Positions 51,121-63,937 of a stretch of DNA of 64,000 bases are shown in pieces; within the stretch, counting starts at the first letter, position 1, and each line of letters starts with the position of its first letter. The stretch is from Octopus vulgaris (taxonomy: Eukaryota), in NCBI GenBank assembly GCA_951406725.2, contig OX597823.1:39742001-39806000 (forward strand). The letters run 5' to 3'. The position numbers were made by a program, and so were the translations under genes. A model generated the notes under the pieces. The model was given only the letters and a program-made list of their open reading frames with translations, did not search any database and was not told where the DNA came from.

Positions 51121-51854
51121 TAGTACTATGTATAACAAAATTAAATTTTATTGTATGGTAGAGAAAATTCCTACTGGATGTAGAAACCATATTCTAGACA
51201 TAGACTAATCATTAGCAAAGGAATATCCCAGCTTTACAACATTGGAATAAATCCTGCAAATAAACCTATTTCAAATTATATGCCATCACAATCCATTTTT
51301 CTTTCTTTCTTTTTTTTTTTTTGTACATAACATTTCATTTATGGCAACTTAGTAAATAACACATTAAATATTCGTAAAATTTGAAATAAAAATCTTTCTT
51401 ACTTTTAATTTTCTGAGAATTTTCTATTCAACAACAGACAGTCAGACAGACATCTGAAATACTTTACCATCTGCTTAATCCCAAAGAACTGATAAAAGAA
51501 TTTATTCGTTCTAAAGAGATTCATTTCACTCTTTATCAGTTCCTCCAAGAAAAACGGCCAGCTTCTTTACCTCTTACAATGCTATTAACCTGAGGAAGTT
51601 GATAAAGCATAAAGCTCATATGTTTCTGCCATACTTTTTATTTGTAATTCTACAGGTACTTGGTAAAGATACATGACAATACGGGCTGTCAGCACATTTA
51701 CATATTTAACAAAATGAACCAAGAAATTAGGATCAATTACTGTTTTCAACGACATAAGAGGCACATATTTCTTTTCATTTTTTTTTTCGCAATGAAATGC
51801 CTCAAAAATCACCCCAGATCCTATATGTGAAGTAGGGCTTCCCATAAGCTAGTA

Positions 51855-52297
51855 TTGGTTTTAAATTTTGGTACAAGGCCAGCAAATTCATGGGAAGGAG
51901 TAAGTAGATTAGACATGAGTGCCCATAATTTACTTGTTTTATCAATCTCAGAAGGGATGAATGGCAAAGTCGACACTGGTGACATTTGAACATAGAATGT
52001 AAAATCAAAAGAAAGAAGCATTTTGTCCGGTGTGGTAACAATTCTGCCAGTTCTCCGCCTTACCCTATAAGATAATATTACAGGCTTTAATAAGGAGGTC
52101 AGTTAGCAGAATCATTAGCATGCTTGGAAAATGCAAAGCAGCATTCCATCTGGCTTCACATTCTCAGTTCAAATTCCACTGAGGTTGACTTTGCTTTCAT
52201 CCTTTGGGGTCAATCAAATAAGTACTACTTGAGAACTGGTTCAATGTAATTGGCTTCTTCCACACTTGCTGACCTTGTGCCAAAATTTAAAACCAAT
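51855..52297. mobile_element. Head-to-head pair of SINE A2 copies (51855-52060 minus, 52095-52297 plus)
   Basis: The outer ends attggttttaaattttggtacaaggccagca and tgctgaccttgtgccaaaatttaaaaccaat are near reverse complements. Confidence 0.8.
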
Positions 52298-52845
52298 ATC
52301 ACAAGCTTTAATGAACTAAAACCTTTTATTTTTTTTTCCATACACTGCTGAAACTAGTGGGATGTCTAATATGCCCATTTGTCTTTTATGCCACTAAATA
52401 TGGTTAATTTGTACCTATGGTGTGGAGATATACTTGTTAATATAACAATCTTCTCCTTGATCATGTCTTTCCTACAGACGCCAACCTGCAACAGTTTAAA
52501 CTAAACATTTATGGAATCATTTTCATGGTTCTTGAATAAGTCATTAGTAGTATTCTCATTGAACAAGATCCGAGACAGAGATGAGCTAAATGATGAGTGT
52601 ATTATGTAGACCCAGGTCAGCTCTGTACAGGCTGATCGATTATCGAATTCATAGGTAATATGATGCACGCACACAACATATTATATGAGAAAGTTGGTTT
52701 GGGAAAGCACGTGGTTGAATATACAGAAAATAGTAAAAAGTGAAAAAACTACAGAAGGCTTGTTTTAAAAGGTTAAAAAAATTATATTTGAGTCAATATG
52801 TCTGAAGAATGTTATCAATTTTTTTCTTACAATGACATAGTTTAC

Positions 52846-52885
52846 AAGAAATGACCGGTTTCGCATTCAGCTTTTCAAATTTCTT
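52846..52885 (-). ncRNA. Minimal type I hammerhead ribozyme motif, U3-A8 core
   Basis: AAGAAAU-UUGAAAA-GC-ugaau-GC-GAAA-CCGG-UC-AUUUCUU on the minus strand. Confidence 0.75.
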
Positions 52886-53990
52886 ACATCGTTATGTTTA
52901 TGTTGAGAAGAGTTATCGTTATGTTTATGTTGAAAAGAGTTCCAAATAAGGGGAGGTAATGAGTGATTTCTTCCGGTGTAAGGGAGATAATCGCTTAAAA
53001 ATTTTGTCTTTCCTTTGGAGTGAATTTCTCTGTATAAGTATGTTGGAATGGTTAAGTCTGGGCTTGTACTTTTCAATGAAGAATGTTTCCTTGTTTAGTC
53101 TAATTTGTGTTGGTGTTCCGATAGCACATTGGTAAAATGGAAAGATTAAAAATTGTGGTAGTAGTTGCTTTGCGCATTTCTCAATGTGCTCACTAAAGGG
53201 TATCATTCTGTATTCTGGGAATGCAATCTGTTGTCGATGCAGTGTGCATCTACGTCTGAGTGATAGTCCCGTGGATCCCACGTAGTCTTGGTGGCAGCCC
53301 GAGCATTTTATGACATAAATTATGTTTTCAGAGGCACAAGTAAAATTAGATTTGATCTTGAATTTTTTTAATTAGTATATCCAAGAATGGGAGCTCCTTT
53401 TGGTTGTATTCCATTGTGAACTGTATATTTGGGTTTATGCTGTTCAATAGGTTTTTAAATTTTAGGAGTTTATCTGTGTTTTCATTCCAGAGTATAAAAC
53501 AATCGTCCAGGAATCATTTCCAATTCTCTTTTAAGTATTAAGAGAGGGGGTTTCCAAAGATTGATAAAGATTCCTGGTAAATGATTATTTCCAGGTAGCC
53601 CATTGTTAGGTTCGCAATGACTGGTGCTGCCCTTGTACCCATAGCAATTCCGGATTTTTGGCGGTAAAATGTATTGCGAAAATCACCAAATCATTAAAAG
53701 CTACAAACAACTACTACCACACTTTTTAATCTTTCCATTTTACCAATGTGCTATCGGAACACCAACACAAATTAGACTAAACAAGGAAACATTCTTCATT
53801 GAAAAGTACAAGCCCAGACTTAACCATTCCAACATACTTATACAGAGAAATTCACTCCAAAAGAAAGACAAAAATTTTTAAGCGATTATCTCCCTTACAC
53901 CGGAAGAAATCACTCATTACCTCCCCTTATTTGGAACTCTTCTCAACGTAAACATAACGATAACTCTTCTCAACATAAACATAACGATGT

Positions 53991-54030
53991 AAGAAATTTG
54001 AAAAGCTGAACGCGAAACCGGTCATTTCTT
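53991..54030 (+). ncRNA. Minimal type I hammerhead ribozyme motif, U3-A8 core
   Basis: AAGAAAU-UUGAAAA-GC-ugaac-GC-GAAA-CCGG-UC-AUUUCUU: perfect 7-bp stem I, palindromic ACCGGU stem III, GUC triplet. Confidence 0.78.
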
Positions 54031-54154
54031 GTAAATTATGTCATTGTAAGAAAAAAATTATATTCTTCAGACATATTGACTCAAATATAAATTTTTTAAC
54101 CTTTTAAAACAAGCCTTCTGTAGTTTTTTACTTTTTACTATTTTCTCTCTCTCA

Positions 54155-54233
<79 letters not shown>

Positions 54234-54476
54234 ATATATATATCAGACCTTCAGCTGATTAAATCATTCAACCTATGCCACCATGAAAATGGGCGTTAAA
54301 TGATGATGATGATCTATATGCTGGCAGGCATGATTGTGTGATCAAGAAGTTAGCATTGGAACCACATAGCAAAGGGTTCAGTCCTGCCCAACTATACCCA
54401 CTATTTGACCAATACCATGTGCATGGAATAGGTAGACAAAACGTGGAATAAACCTGTCATATCTGTATGTGAATGT

Positions 54477-56141
54477 TGTCATAATCCAATGTCAGACTGT
54501 TATAACATCCACTCTGGTATAGAAGTATAGTTAGTTAGACACTCCGGTATAGTACTATAGTTAGTTAGATACGACTTTCTATGACCAACTACCCCGACTT
54601 CTCGACATCACAGTATTTGTAACGACTACACATACCACTCGTCACCATAGGCTGGGTGTTCTATTATTATTATTAACCCCATGACATCTCCCCTTTTAAA
54701 TTTTCTTGTTTTTTTAGGGAAGGTTATTTTATTTCTTTTTATTTGCAATAATTTTTACATAACCTCACCTCCCTTTTTTTAGTTTTTTTTTCTCATACAA
54801 TTACAAATTTAATATTTTTCTCGTTTGGCATCCACTTCCAGGAACTCCTTACATTTTCTTTTTCTTTCACTTGTGCATCTGGGTTCAATAATTTGTAGTG
54901 GCATTGGTATTTGAAAAGTATCATATTCCATTGTTTCTTCCATTCTCTTGGGTTCGCTCTCAACGAATCCTTTTTTAGTTGATTTATATGTCTCTTATAT
55001 ACTCCTTTTACCAAGTATAGCATTTCCTATGTGTTTGGTAATCATGCCATCTTCCCAACTTTGTTTTCCTTATTTATATATCCTAACAAATTCATTTTCT
55101 CCAATTTTGAAATATCTTGCTGTATCCATTGCAATTTTTCTTTCCTTATCTGGTAGTAATTTGTCAAAGCCTGATTTTATTTTCCTTGCAAACATCAGGT
55201 CTGCTGATGACAAACCTGCTGATGTATTTGGATTTGGTGTCACACAGTATACTCTTAAGAACTGGTGTAGAGCTACCTCATCTGTGTCTTCCTTATTCAA
55301 CTTTCTTAGGGCTTTCTTGAACTTATCAACAAATGTTCTGCTTGACCATTAGACCTGCGATAGTATGGTGTGGTAGTTACCTGTTCTACGGCGAATGTTT
55401 TACAAAACTTTTTAAACTCAAAAGACACAAATTATGTTCCATTATCAGACTCTATAGTGCCTGGGATGCCGAATCTCGCCAAGCAGCTCATGTAGAAAGT
55501 TTGTCATAGTTGAGGATGTTGACATTTTACACTTACAAATTAGGTTCGACATTTCTAGCATGGATTGAACAATGAGCTTTTCTCGCTAAAAGATGCACAC
55601 AATATGTCTTGTATTTTTAAAGTTTATGCCAGAAGGTTTTTTCGGGAGTACGTAATTGCTGTAACACTCATGTTTTCCTGCTGCCGCTTTTCTCAGGATT
55701 AGACGCGTTTTGATATTGTCGTCCCAATCTTTGCACTTTTTATTGAAGATCTGTTCGTATCTTCTATAGTAGGACTCCTGCGTCTGGTTCATACTTAAAT
55801 TCCATTATTGAGTTTGCAACATAATCTGGAGAGAACATCTTTTCAGCATTTTTGGACGACTTGCTATTCATTAATTGCAGCATTTGTTCTTATAATAGTA
55901 ATTGTTATTGTTCTTGCAGTGGTAACTGTTGTTGTCATAATAATTGCTGTTGTCATAACAATTGTTGTTGTTGTTCTTGCAGCTGTTATTGCTACTGTTG
56001 TTGCTGCTGCTGTTGTTATTGCTGCCATCACTGTTACTGCTGTTGCTGTTGCTGTGATAGTTGTTTTTGCTCTCGTGATTGTTACAGGCTTTGCTGCTAT
56101 TGTTGTTGTTGTTATTGTTGTTATTGTTAGTTGTTTGTTGT

Positions 56142-56184
<43 letters not shown>

Positions 56185-56200
56185 CATTTTTCTATTTCCA
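54477..56200 (-). mobile_element. Gypsy-type LTR retrotransposon remnant (polyQ-rich gag, integrase, PPT, 3' LTR)
   Basis: LTR 54477-54686 with TGTCAT...ATGACA termini, preceded by PPT AAAAGGGGAGA. Integrase SDNGT...PYYRRSNGQAE...LHQFLRVYCVTPNP...SSADLMFARKI. gag YRRYEQIF...WDDNIKTRLILRK...YSNYVLPKKP. Most of pol is deleted. Confidence 0.85.
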
Positions 56201-56866
56201 TCTCAGCTTTGTTAAAAGTGCTTTCTATCCTTTCTGCATTTCCTCTCTGATTACAAATAAAGCTTTTTCGGAAATCATTGAAGATAACCAAATATCACCA
56301 AACTGGATTATGACTTGCACGGTTCAGTGATCAGAAATAATATTATCTCAGCTCACTATCACCATTGCTAACATTAAATATTATTATCACAGTTTGTTAT
56401 TGGAGTAGCTAACATTTAATATTTATTAATCAGTTTTATTTGACACAACAAAATCTTTTTCTCTGTAAATGTTTTATTTGCAAAAGCAGTTTCACTTTAC
56501 TTTAATTTGCCTCCACTCCACTCTCCTCACTCCCAACACCCACCCAAAACCACTGCCACCACCACCACCATGCCACCACCGTGCCACCACCGCTACCACC
56601 AGCTTCCCCATCACCGTTAACACCACAAACTATCACTACCACATCCATCATTACTAAAACACCCCACAACCACCACCACTATCTCCATCTTGAAAAATGT
56701 TTATTATGAGAATTTTAATAATTATCATAGAATCATTGAAAAATCTAAACAGTGTATCAAAACAAATTCTACATCTGCAACTACCGGTAATAGAGTTGTA
56801 AACACGTTTATACATATATATATATATATATATATACATACATACATACATATATATATACACATG

Positions 56867-56920
<54 letters not shown>

Positions 56921-57280
56921 TATATATATATGTACATTCTTTTATTCCTTTTCTTGTTTTATCCACCCGACTGCAGCCATGCTGGAGCACCATCTTATAA
57001 ATCCACACACACACGTATACATGTAAATATGTGTGTGTGTATCTGTATACGTTTGTATGTATGTATTTATGTATATGCATATACACTTACACAAACATGC
57101 ATATATATATATATATCCGAAATCTGCGATGAGGGATCAGTTTCTGACTGAAGAATGAAGGCTTTGAATGACCCGTTTGTCTTTTTGTTCGTCCCTTCGT
57201 GTATTTCACGTTATTTATTTGTGTAAAGGTTTATTATATATTTCGCAGCGTACGTGCATAATAACTTCTTTATGTTTATC

Positions 57281-57311
<31 letters not shown>

Positions 57312-57377
57312 CATATATATATATACATACACACACACACACATATATATATACATATATATATATGCATACATACA

Positions 57378-57450
<73 letters not shown>

Positions 57451-57858
57451 GTATGTGTGTATGCATGAGTTTCTGTTTGTGTGTGTGTGTATCTGGCTGA
57501 ATGAAAGGATGTACAAGTATCATCTAGATTATTATATTTTGTTTATAAAGCTTAAGTGAACACACCTGGCCAGTTGCTAGAATCAGCCACTTAACAAATT
57601 TATCATTTAAAACAACGGTGAAATCATAATGATACTTGCCATTGGCAAACAGCCACAAATTGAAGAGTTGGGAAGAGTGGTGTAGTGGATTTTTATTTAC
57701 ACTACTAATGATTTAATTATTAGTACTTTCATAATTATCAAAATCAAAGTAAAATAAAAACCAGCAGGTAAAAGGACATAACCAAATACAACAAAGTGAT
57801 TTTCTTAAGTGCTTTTCTGATTATCTAATTTCACTGCCTTTCACATATTTCACATGAA

Positions 57859-58288
57859 GGATCTTTTTGGTTTGAATGGCAGTTTTTAACATAATTTCTA
57901 GGTGACTAAAAAATTTTAAACTTCGTATACTGGTAGAATGTGTTTATAAAACATCTTTTTCTCTTGGCTTTATTGAGAAAATTCTATAGTTTGTAAGATA
58001 TTTGTTGTTTTTTTCTTCAATTGCTGCAATTTCAACCAATCACTGACGTCTATTGAGGTAAAAAACATTCTGTGCCGTATGAATATGTCCCTCGTTTAAG
58101 AAATAGACTGGGTTTATTTACATTTGTGAAGAAAAAAAAAGCCTTCCCCCCACCCCTAACCCTAACCCTAACTAACCTTAACCCTAAAAGAGGTTGAAAT
58201 GCAATAGATCGATACTAGGGTCATAATTATGGGTGACAATTTCATATGACACCGCTAGAAGAAACTGCTGTTCAAACCGAAAAGATCC
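57859..58288. mobile_element. MITE with about 29-bp TIRs and 8-bp TSD (GG termini, Merlin-like), internal (CCCTAA)n
   Basis: GGATCTTTTTGGTTTGAATGGCAGTTT / AAACTGCTGTTCAAACCGAAAAGATCC; TSD CACATGAA at 57851-57858 and 58289-58296. Confidence 0.88.
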
Positions 58289-58553
58289 CACATGAATCCT
58301 AACAGACACAAAAATTCCAGTATCTTTTTGGTCAGGGTGAGCATGTAGTTTAGTTTTAGTCTCTTGTGATAATCTTATTCATATCAAAAACTGTTTATGG
58401 AAATATCACATTGACCCCAGTATATGACTGATACTTTATGTTCTTGATCCTGGATAGAGGAAAAATATAAAGTTGATCTCAGTTGGATTTGAAACAGAAT
58501 GTAAAAAGATGTGACTAAATACAGCAGCTCAGTTTGTCCCATGTTTTACTCCA

Positions 58554-58609
<56 letters not shown>

Positions 58610-58624
58610 CACCACGAAATGATG

Positions 58625-58679
<55 letters not shown>

Positions 58680-58693
58680 TGATGATGATGATG

Positions 58694-58893
58694 ATTTCAA
58701 ATTTTGCCACAAGGGCAGTAATTTTGATGGGGCCTGTCAATTATATCGACACTATGGCTAGAACTTCTTTTATGAACCACAAAAGGATGAAAGGTAAAGT
58801 CGACCGTGGTAGGGTTTCAGCTCAGAACGTAAAGACAGAAGAAATGCCACTGAGTATTTGTCTGGTATGCTAATAATTATGCTAGCTTGCTGC
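58694..58893 (-). mobile_element. SINE family A2, diverged
   Basis: tttcaaattttgccacaagggcagtaatttt...aaaaggatgaaaggtaaagtcgacc...ctcagaacgtaaagac. Confidence 0.75.
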
Positions 58894-58894
58894 T

Positions 58895-58928
<34 letters not shown>

Positions 58929-59277
58929 TAATAATTAATTCTTTTTATTGGCCACAAGGGCTGACAAACATGATTGGAAAACATAAAGGAATAATAATAT
59001 TAATGTTTCTAATTTGTTGCCCATAATTAAAAAAAAACACTCTGAAAGAAGATTTGGGCAGTTGTATGTATGTCTGTCTGTCTGTCTGTCTGTCTGTATG
59101 CATGTATGTATGTATGCATGTATGTATGTATGTATGTATGTATGTATGTATGCATGTATGTGTATGTATATGTGTGTCTGTATGTGTGTATATGTATATG
59201 TATGTATGTATGCATGTATGTGTATGTATATGTGTGTCTGTATGTGTGTATATGTATATGTATGTATGTATGTATGT

Positions 59278-60540
59278 CATTATTCAAGATTTCTTGCCAA
59301 TAGAGAAAGTATTGCATTCTAACCTAGATCCAAGGCTCCTTCATTAGAATTTCAAAATCAACAACAGGGTATGTATGTATGTATGTATGTATGTATGTAT
59401 GTATGTATGTATGTATGTATGTATGTATGTATATGTACAGATTTGTATGTTTTGCTTTATGTATATATTTTCTTGCATATAGTAGCATATCTAGACATGC
59501 TCATATATATTTAAATAATAAACTTCTGGAAGGTTTTACAGATTTTTACAGTTCCAGTGATGGATGGATCTGTAGTCTTTGAATCAGCTTTCTCCTTTTA
59601 GGTTTTGAGAAGCCTAATTTCTCAAGATTGATATTTAGGTAGTGTGTTACATATCGCAGGGCCCCAATAATTACAGGTATAAACCTGAACTTGTAGTCTG
59701 AATAGAGTAACTGCAGATTTCTCAATAGTTCAGCGTAGATATTCTCTTTTTCACTGATCTTCAGCTGTATATTAACATCTGCTGGGCAGCTAATTTTCAC
59801 AATTGTACACAGATTCTCTTCTCTACCCTAGATCAGATCTGCTGTGCTTACATTTTATTGAGGTCATCACTGGAACATTCCACCAGTACTTCTTTTTATT
59901 AAGAGTGGTTATGGCTTCTACTATACTGTGAGTTTTTACTTTTTTGTCCTTGGGTTTATCCTTCTGACAGATTTCATTCCAGATTGTCCTAGCTACAGCA
60001 TCATGTCTCATCAGTAGATGACATTTTCTGACAACTGCTTATGATGTAGGTGATATCTTCAGTGTTAACACTACAAAGTCTCCATTGGTTGTCACATTTT
60101 ACAGTTTTTTCTGCATCTTTATCCCCTTTGTCCATCAGGTATTTGGTAGATATTTCTTGTTCCTGGATTCCAAATGCAAAGTGGGAGGTAGTAGTCCAGC
60201 TATTGATCCATGATAGACTGCGTTGATGATAAATATTACTATCATCTCAGAGCTTTCTACTAACATATCTATGCATAGTCTTCTGCTCATATAGGCTCAT
60301 CCTTTCATCTGATGATACGTAGAGTCATGCAACTTCTTTGAGTAAATTTTCTAGGTTATCAGACAAAGAATGTTGCTCAAGAAGCTGCCTTCCAAGTCCT
60401 ATAATGTTATCAGCTTCATGTATGCATACTTGGTCAAGGGATGTACTTCAACACTTGTTGATTAAATGATGTTGCTGAAGGGATAATGATATGAAATTCA
60501 AAGGCATTTTGGATCGATGTTAAGTTTCTGCTGCCATGTT
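59278..60540 (-). mobile_element. R4/Dong-like non-LTR retrotransposon 3' part (zinc knuckle + restriction-like endonuclease), decayed
   Basis: AFGIQEQEISTKYL, RLC...EDITYIISSC, RHDAVAR, WWNVPVMT...HSRSDL, ISCPAD...EKENIY..L, IPVIIGAL. A second copy of the 3' end lies at 61100-61173. Confidence 0.82.
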
Positions 60541-60644
60541 GTCGTTTTGGGTAGCAGTGGTCTATGTCACTGTTTATCTGGAAATTATGCGTGCTTGTTT
60601 ACATTTTTGGGGGTTTTCACATCTATGTATGTATGTCATTCTTT

Positions 60645-60886
60645 CTTTCTTTTCTTTGTTTCAGTCATTTGACTGTGGCCATGCTGGAGCACCGCCTTTA
60701 GTCGAGCAAATCGACCCCAGGACTTATTCTTTGTAAGCCTAGTACTTATTCTATCAGTCTCTCTTGCTGAACTGCTAAGTGACTGGGACGTAAACACACC
60801 AGTGTCATTTGTCAAGCGATGTTGAGGTGACAAAAACAGATACACAAACATATACACATACACAGACACACACACACACACACACA

Positions 60887-60921
<35 letters not shown>

Positions 60922-61096
60922 GCACACATATATACGACGGGCTTCTTTCAGTTTCCGTCTACCAGATCCACTTACAAGGCTTTGGTCAGCCCAAGGCTAT
61001 AGTAGAAGACACTTGCCCAAGGTGCCACACAGTGGGACTGAACCTGGAACCATGTGGTTGGTAAGCAAGCTACTTACCACACAGCCACTCCTGCGC
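60645..61096 (-). mobile_element. SINE family B, full length
   Basis: Reverse complement of 3782-4260 with internal (CA)n(TA)n. Confidence 0.92.
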
Positions 61097-62063
61097 CTGT
61101 TCAGTTTTATTTCAAGATTTCTTGCCAATGGAGAAAAAGCCAGTTTCTAATCTAGATTCAAGGCTCCTTCATTGTATGTATGTATGTATGTATGTATGTA
61201 TGTATGTATGTGTATGCATGTATATATGGATGGAGATAGATAGATAGATAGATAGATAGACTTTATAGATCACTGTAGTGAATAAGAACTATTAGAAAAT
61301 TTTATATTTAATTAACAAAGATATTAAAAAATATTTTATGTGTAGGTTATTTCCCTTGAAATTCAAGACGATAAACACATCACCGACAGAAACTAACTTT
61401 ACAACACAAAACATGGGAGCGAACTCTAGTATGACATAAGTGATAAAAGGGAAATAACTTGCCGATAAATTTAATTACAAATATTTTTGTTTTGTATTTT
61501 TCTCCTATTTTTAAATATGAAAGTTTGTAATAAATGTTTCTAATTTTGGCGAAATATTTGAGGAAAAAGATTAACCAATTACATCAGTTCAATAATTGAT
61601 CAGCACTTTCTTTTATCGACCCTGGAAGGGTGATTAGTGGGATTAAATATAAACGTATAAATATAAACTACTCACGCTTATACTTCGTCTGAATTTCTGA
61701 GATAATATATTACTGATATTGTACATTGATACAGTCTGGCTAATGTCTTCATCTTCCTCGCTATTGGCAACGTTTCGGCCGCTTCACTCTCCGCTCGTCT
61801 TCTGATGTCTGTTTAGTGGATAACATAGTCGGAATTTAAACTAAATTGTTTTATTGAATCGGCGGGAGAATATAAGCTGTGTAAACACAAATGTAAGTCA
61901 TAAATTTTTCTTTCATGATTTCATGATCTATATTGGAAATGCGTCTAATATTGAAGAAGAACTGGATTTGGTCACATATATCTACAAAGCTATCATAAGC
62001 AATGCTTGAGTGAACGAACAAAATTTCAGGATATAATTTTAAAATTCGGTAGTGGAACATATA

Positions 62064-62926
62064 CAGGGTGCGATGGGTAAATTGTCGCCATTATATATTT
62101 TTAATTTTGGGCATGTGCATTGTTAGTTTTTGATTTTGTTGTATACACAGTATAGTAGGGTCAGTTGGGCACCATCTGTGAGAAAATCATCACGATGCAA
62201 TTTCCTCTCCCAGAAATTTGGAAACGACATGCTGTACAGCTTGACATTCGCGCCTGAAGCTCCAATACGAACACTTCAGAGTGTTTAGGTGTCACTCTAA
62301 GGACATGTACCGAGAGTGATAAAAATCAAACATCCAATCAACAACATGGAGTTTGGAGTGATCACTAGTGATAGCAACGTTATGCTTCCATTCATCTTTC
62401 TACATGGCCTCAGGTTCAATACGGAAGCCTACATCACGTGCCTAGAGAAGGTAGTGCTGTCCTGGGTCAAGAGAGTGGATGCTGGAAGACCCCTATGTCT
62501 AGCAACAGGATTCTGCATCATGTCACACAAGGAGGAGTACCCAGTCATGGCTGTCAAACAATTTCTGCAGCCACATCACCCCTAACATCTGGCTACCTAA
62601 CTCCCCAGACTGCAACCCCCTTGATCAGTATGTGTGGGGCACAGTTGAGTGAGAGACCAAAAAAACTCCTTGTAACACCAAACATGAACTGAAAGCAAGG
62701 ATTATGGTAGCATTTACCAACTTAAACAATGAGACCGTCCAAAAGATTGCAGTAGATTCCGAAGTCGTCTGGAGTCCGTGGTTGAAGCCAATGGTGATTT
62801 TATTGAATAAATTTATTCTTTAGTATTTCAAGATATTTTAATGTAATTTTGGTAAATCTGTTAAAATGGGATGTCAGTGTTTTATTGTTTTTTTTTCATT
62901 ATTGCGTAATTTAGACGACGAATATA
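62064..62926 (+). mobile_element. Second maT (DD37D) copy, internally deleted, right TIR truncated
   Basis: TA|CAGGGTGCGATGGGTAAATTGTCGCC; homologous to 20165-21711 with a deletion near 62303. Confidence 0.88.
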
Positions 62927-63299
62927 TCTCTATATATATAAACGGCAAAATGTCTGTCTGTGTGTGTATATATCCTTTATACAAATCCACAATTTTTCAG
63001 TTAGAGGGCTCGCACTTTCTATAACACATTCAAAACCGTCCAAGGATGGTCGTGCACATCTTTACCTTTCCCCAGTCACCTCGCAAAGGCATTAAAAAAT
63101 CAATAGAAGTGACTTATTTATGAATTTTCTATCAAAAACCTAATCAAAATGCGCGAAACTTGATACGCCAATTGAATGCCAGCTAGCTGTATGTGATTGG
63201 TCGGAGATTTGGACAGTACTCGCGTGCATGTGCGCACGCACGCAGCTGTATATGCATGCACTTGCAATATGACCCGGCGTTGCCGGGTCATAGTACTAG
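62927..63299 (+). mobile_element. Non-autonomous Helitron
   Basis: A|TCTCTATATATATAAACGGC...; perfect hairpin TATGACCCGGC-GTT-GCCGGGTCATA at 63268-63292; ends CTAG|T. Confidence 0.9.
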
Positions 63300-63628
63300 T
63301 ATATATATATATATACGCTGGAGTTGAACTAGGGACAGCTGATGAAGGGGATTTCTCCTTGTGTAGTTTGTCTTGTACTCTGTTTTTTCGTTGTTAAAAA
63401 AGCTCCGTTTCCATGTTTGTTTTTACGTTTTCGTTTCTTGTTGAGTTCTACGTCTATTTGTGGTGTCCTGTACTCACGTATATATATTTATATATGCATG
63501 TATATATACATGTAGATGTAGGTACGTACATATATGTATGTATGCATATATTTTATTTATTACACTATTGTATGACTGAGCGCCCTCGCATCGATTCAAT
63601 TCGTTTCGTTTCGTTTCATCTCCTCCAA

Positions 63629-63670
<42 letters not shown>

Positions 63671-63749
63671 GCATGTATGTATGTATGTATGTATGTATGT
63701 ATGTATGTATGCATGTATGTATGTAATAAACCGAGGGCATTTACACAGC

Positions 63750-63895
63750 GAATTTAAGTCAATACCTGGTTTCCTCATCTGAAATAAGACTAGCATTCGG
63801 AACGTTAAGCCTCTTTTCCTTCCTTTCAAGCGTTAAGCTAATACATAACTTGGTAAAACTTGTCCCTCTTGCGCTGTACTCTTTCATTGCTTTCG
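63750..63895 (+). mobile_element. Diverged relative of the 36615/45521 Penelope-type terminal element
   Basis: ctgaaataagactagcattcggaacgttaagcctcttttccttcctttcaagcgttaagctaatac resembles 36670-36735; ribozyme core decayed. Confidence 0.45.
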
Positions 63896-63906
63896 TTACA
63901 TATACA

Positions 63907-63937
<31 letters not shown>

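Larger units (their letters stand above)
52725..54145 (-). mobile_element. Penelope-like retroelement, 5'-truncated and internally deleted, with inverted terminal duplication
   Basis: Minus strand 53670-53000: FYRQKSGIAMGTRAAPVIANLTMGYLE, FLDDCFILW, ELPFLD, then GIY-YIG FTCASENIIYVIKCSGCHQDYVGSTG...ETFFIEKYKPRLN. 53704-54145 is an inverted copy of 52725-53170. Confidence 0.93.

Noticed and set aside
55808-56330. Hydrophobic and Cys-rich ORFs
   Set aside because: Antisense readings of the CAA/CAG-rich Gypsy gag region.
56280-56420. 5' LTR or primer-binding site for the Gypsy remnant
   Set aside because: No direct copy of 54477-54686 was found; only a short inverted 11-bp match.
58153-58186. 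Chromosome-end telomere
   Set aside because: Only about 5 imperfect units, internal to a MITE.
61760-61808. Minus-strand ...GCC-GAAA-CGUUG ribozyme-like end
   Set aside because: The 5' core is not recognisable and stems I and II are not supported.
63330-63375. CUGAUGA followed by the hairpin AAGGGGA-UU-UCUCCUU
   Set aside because: No GAAA follows the stem, so no hammerhead core can be built.
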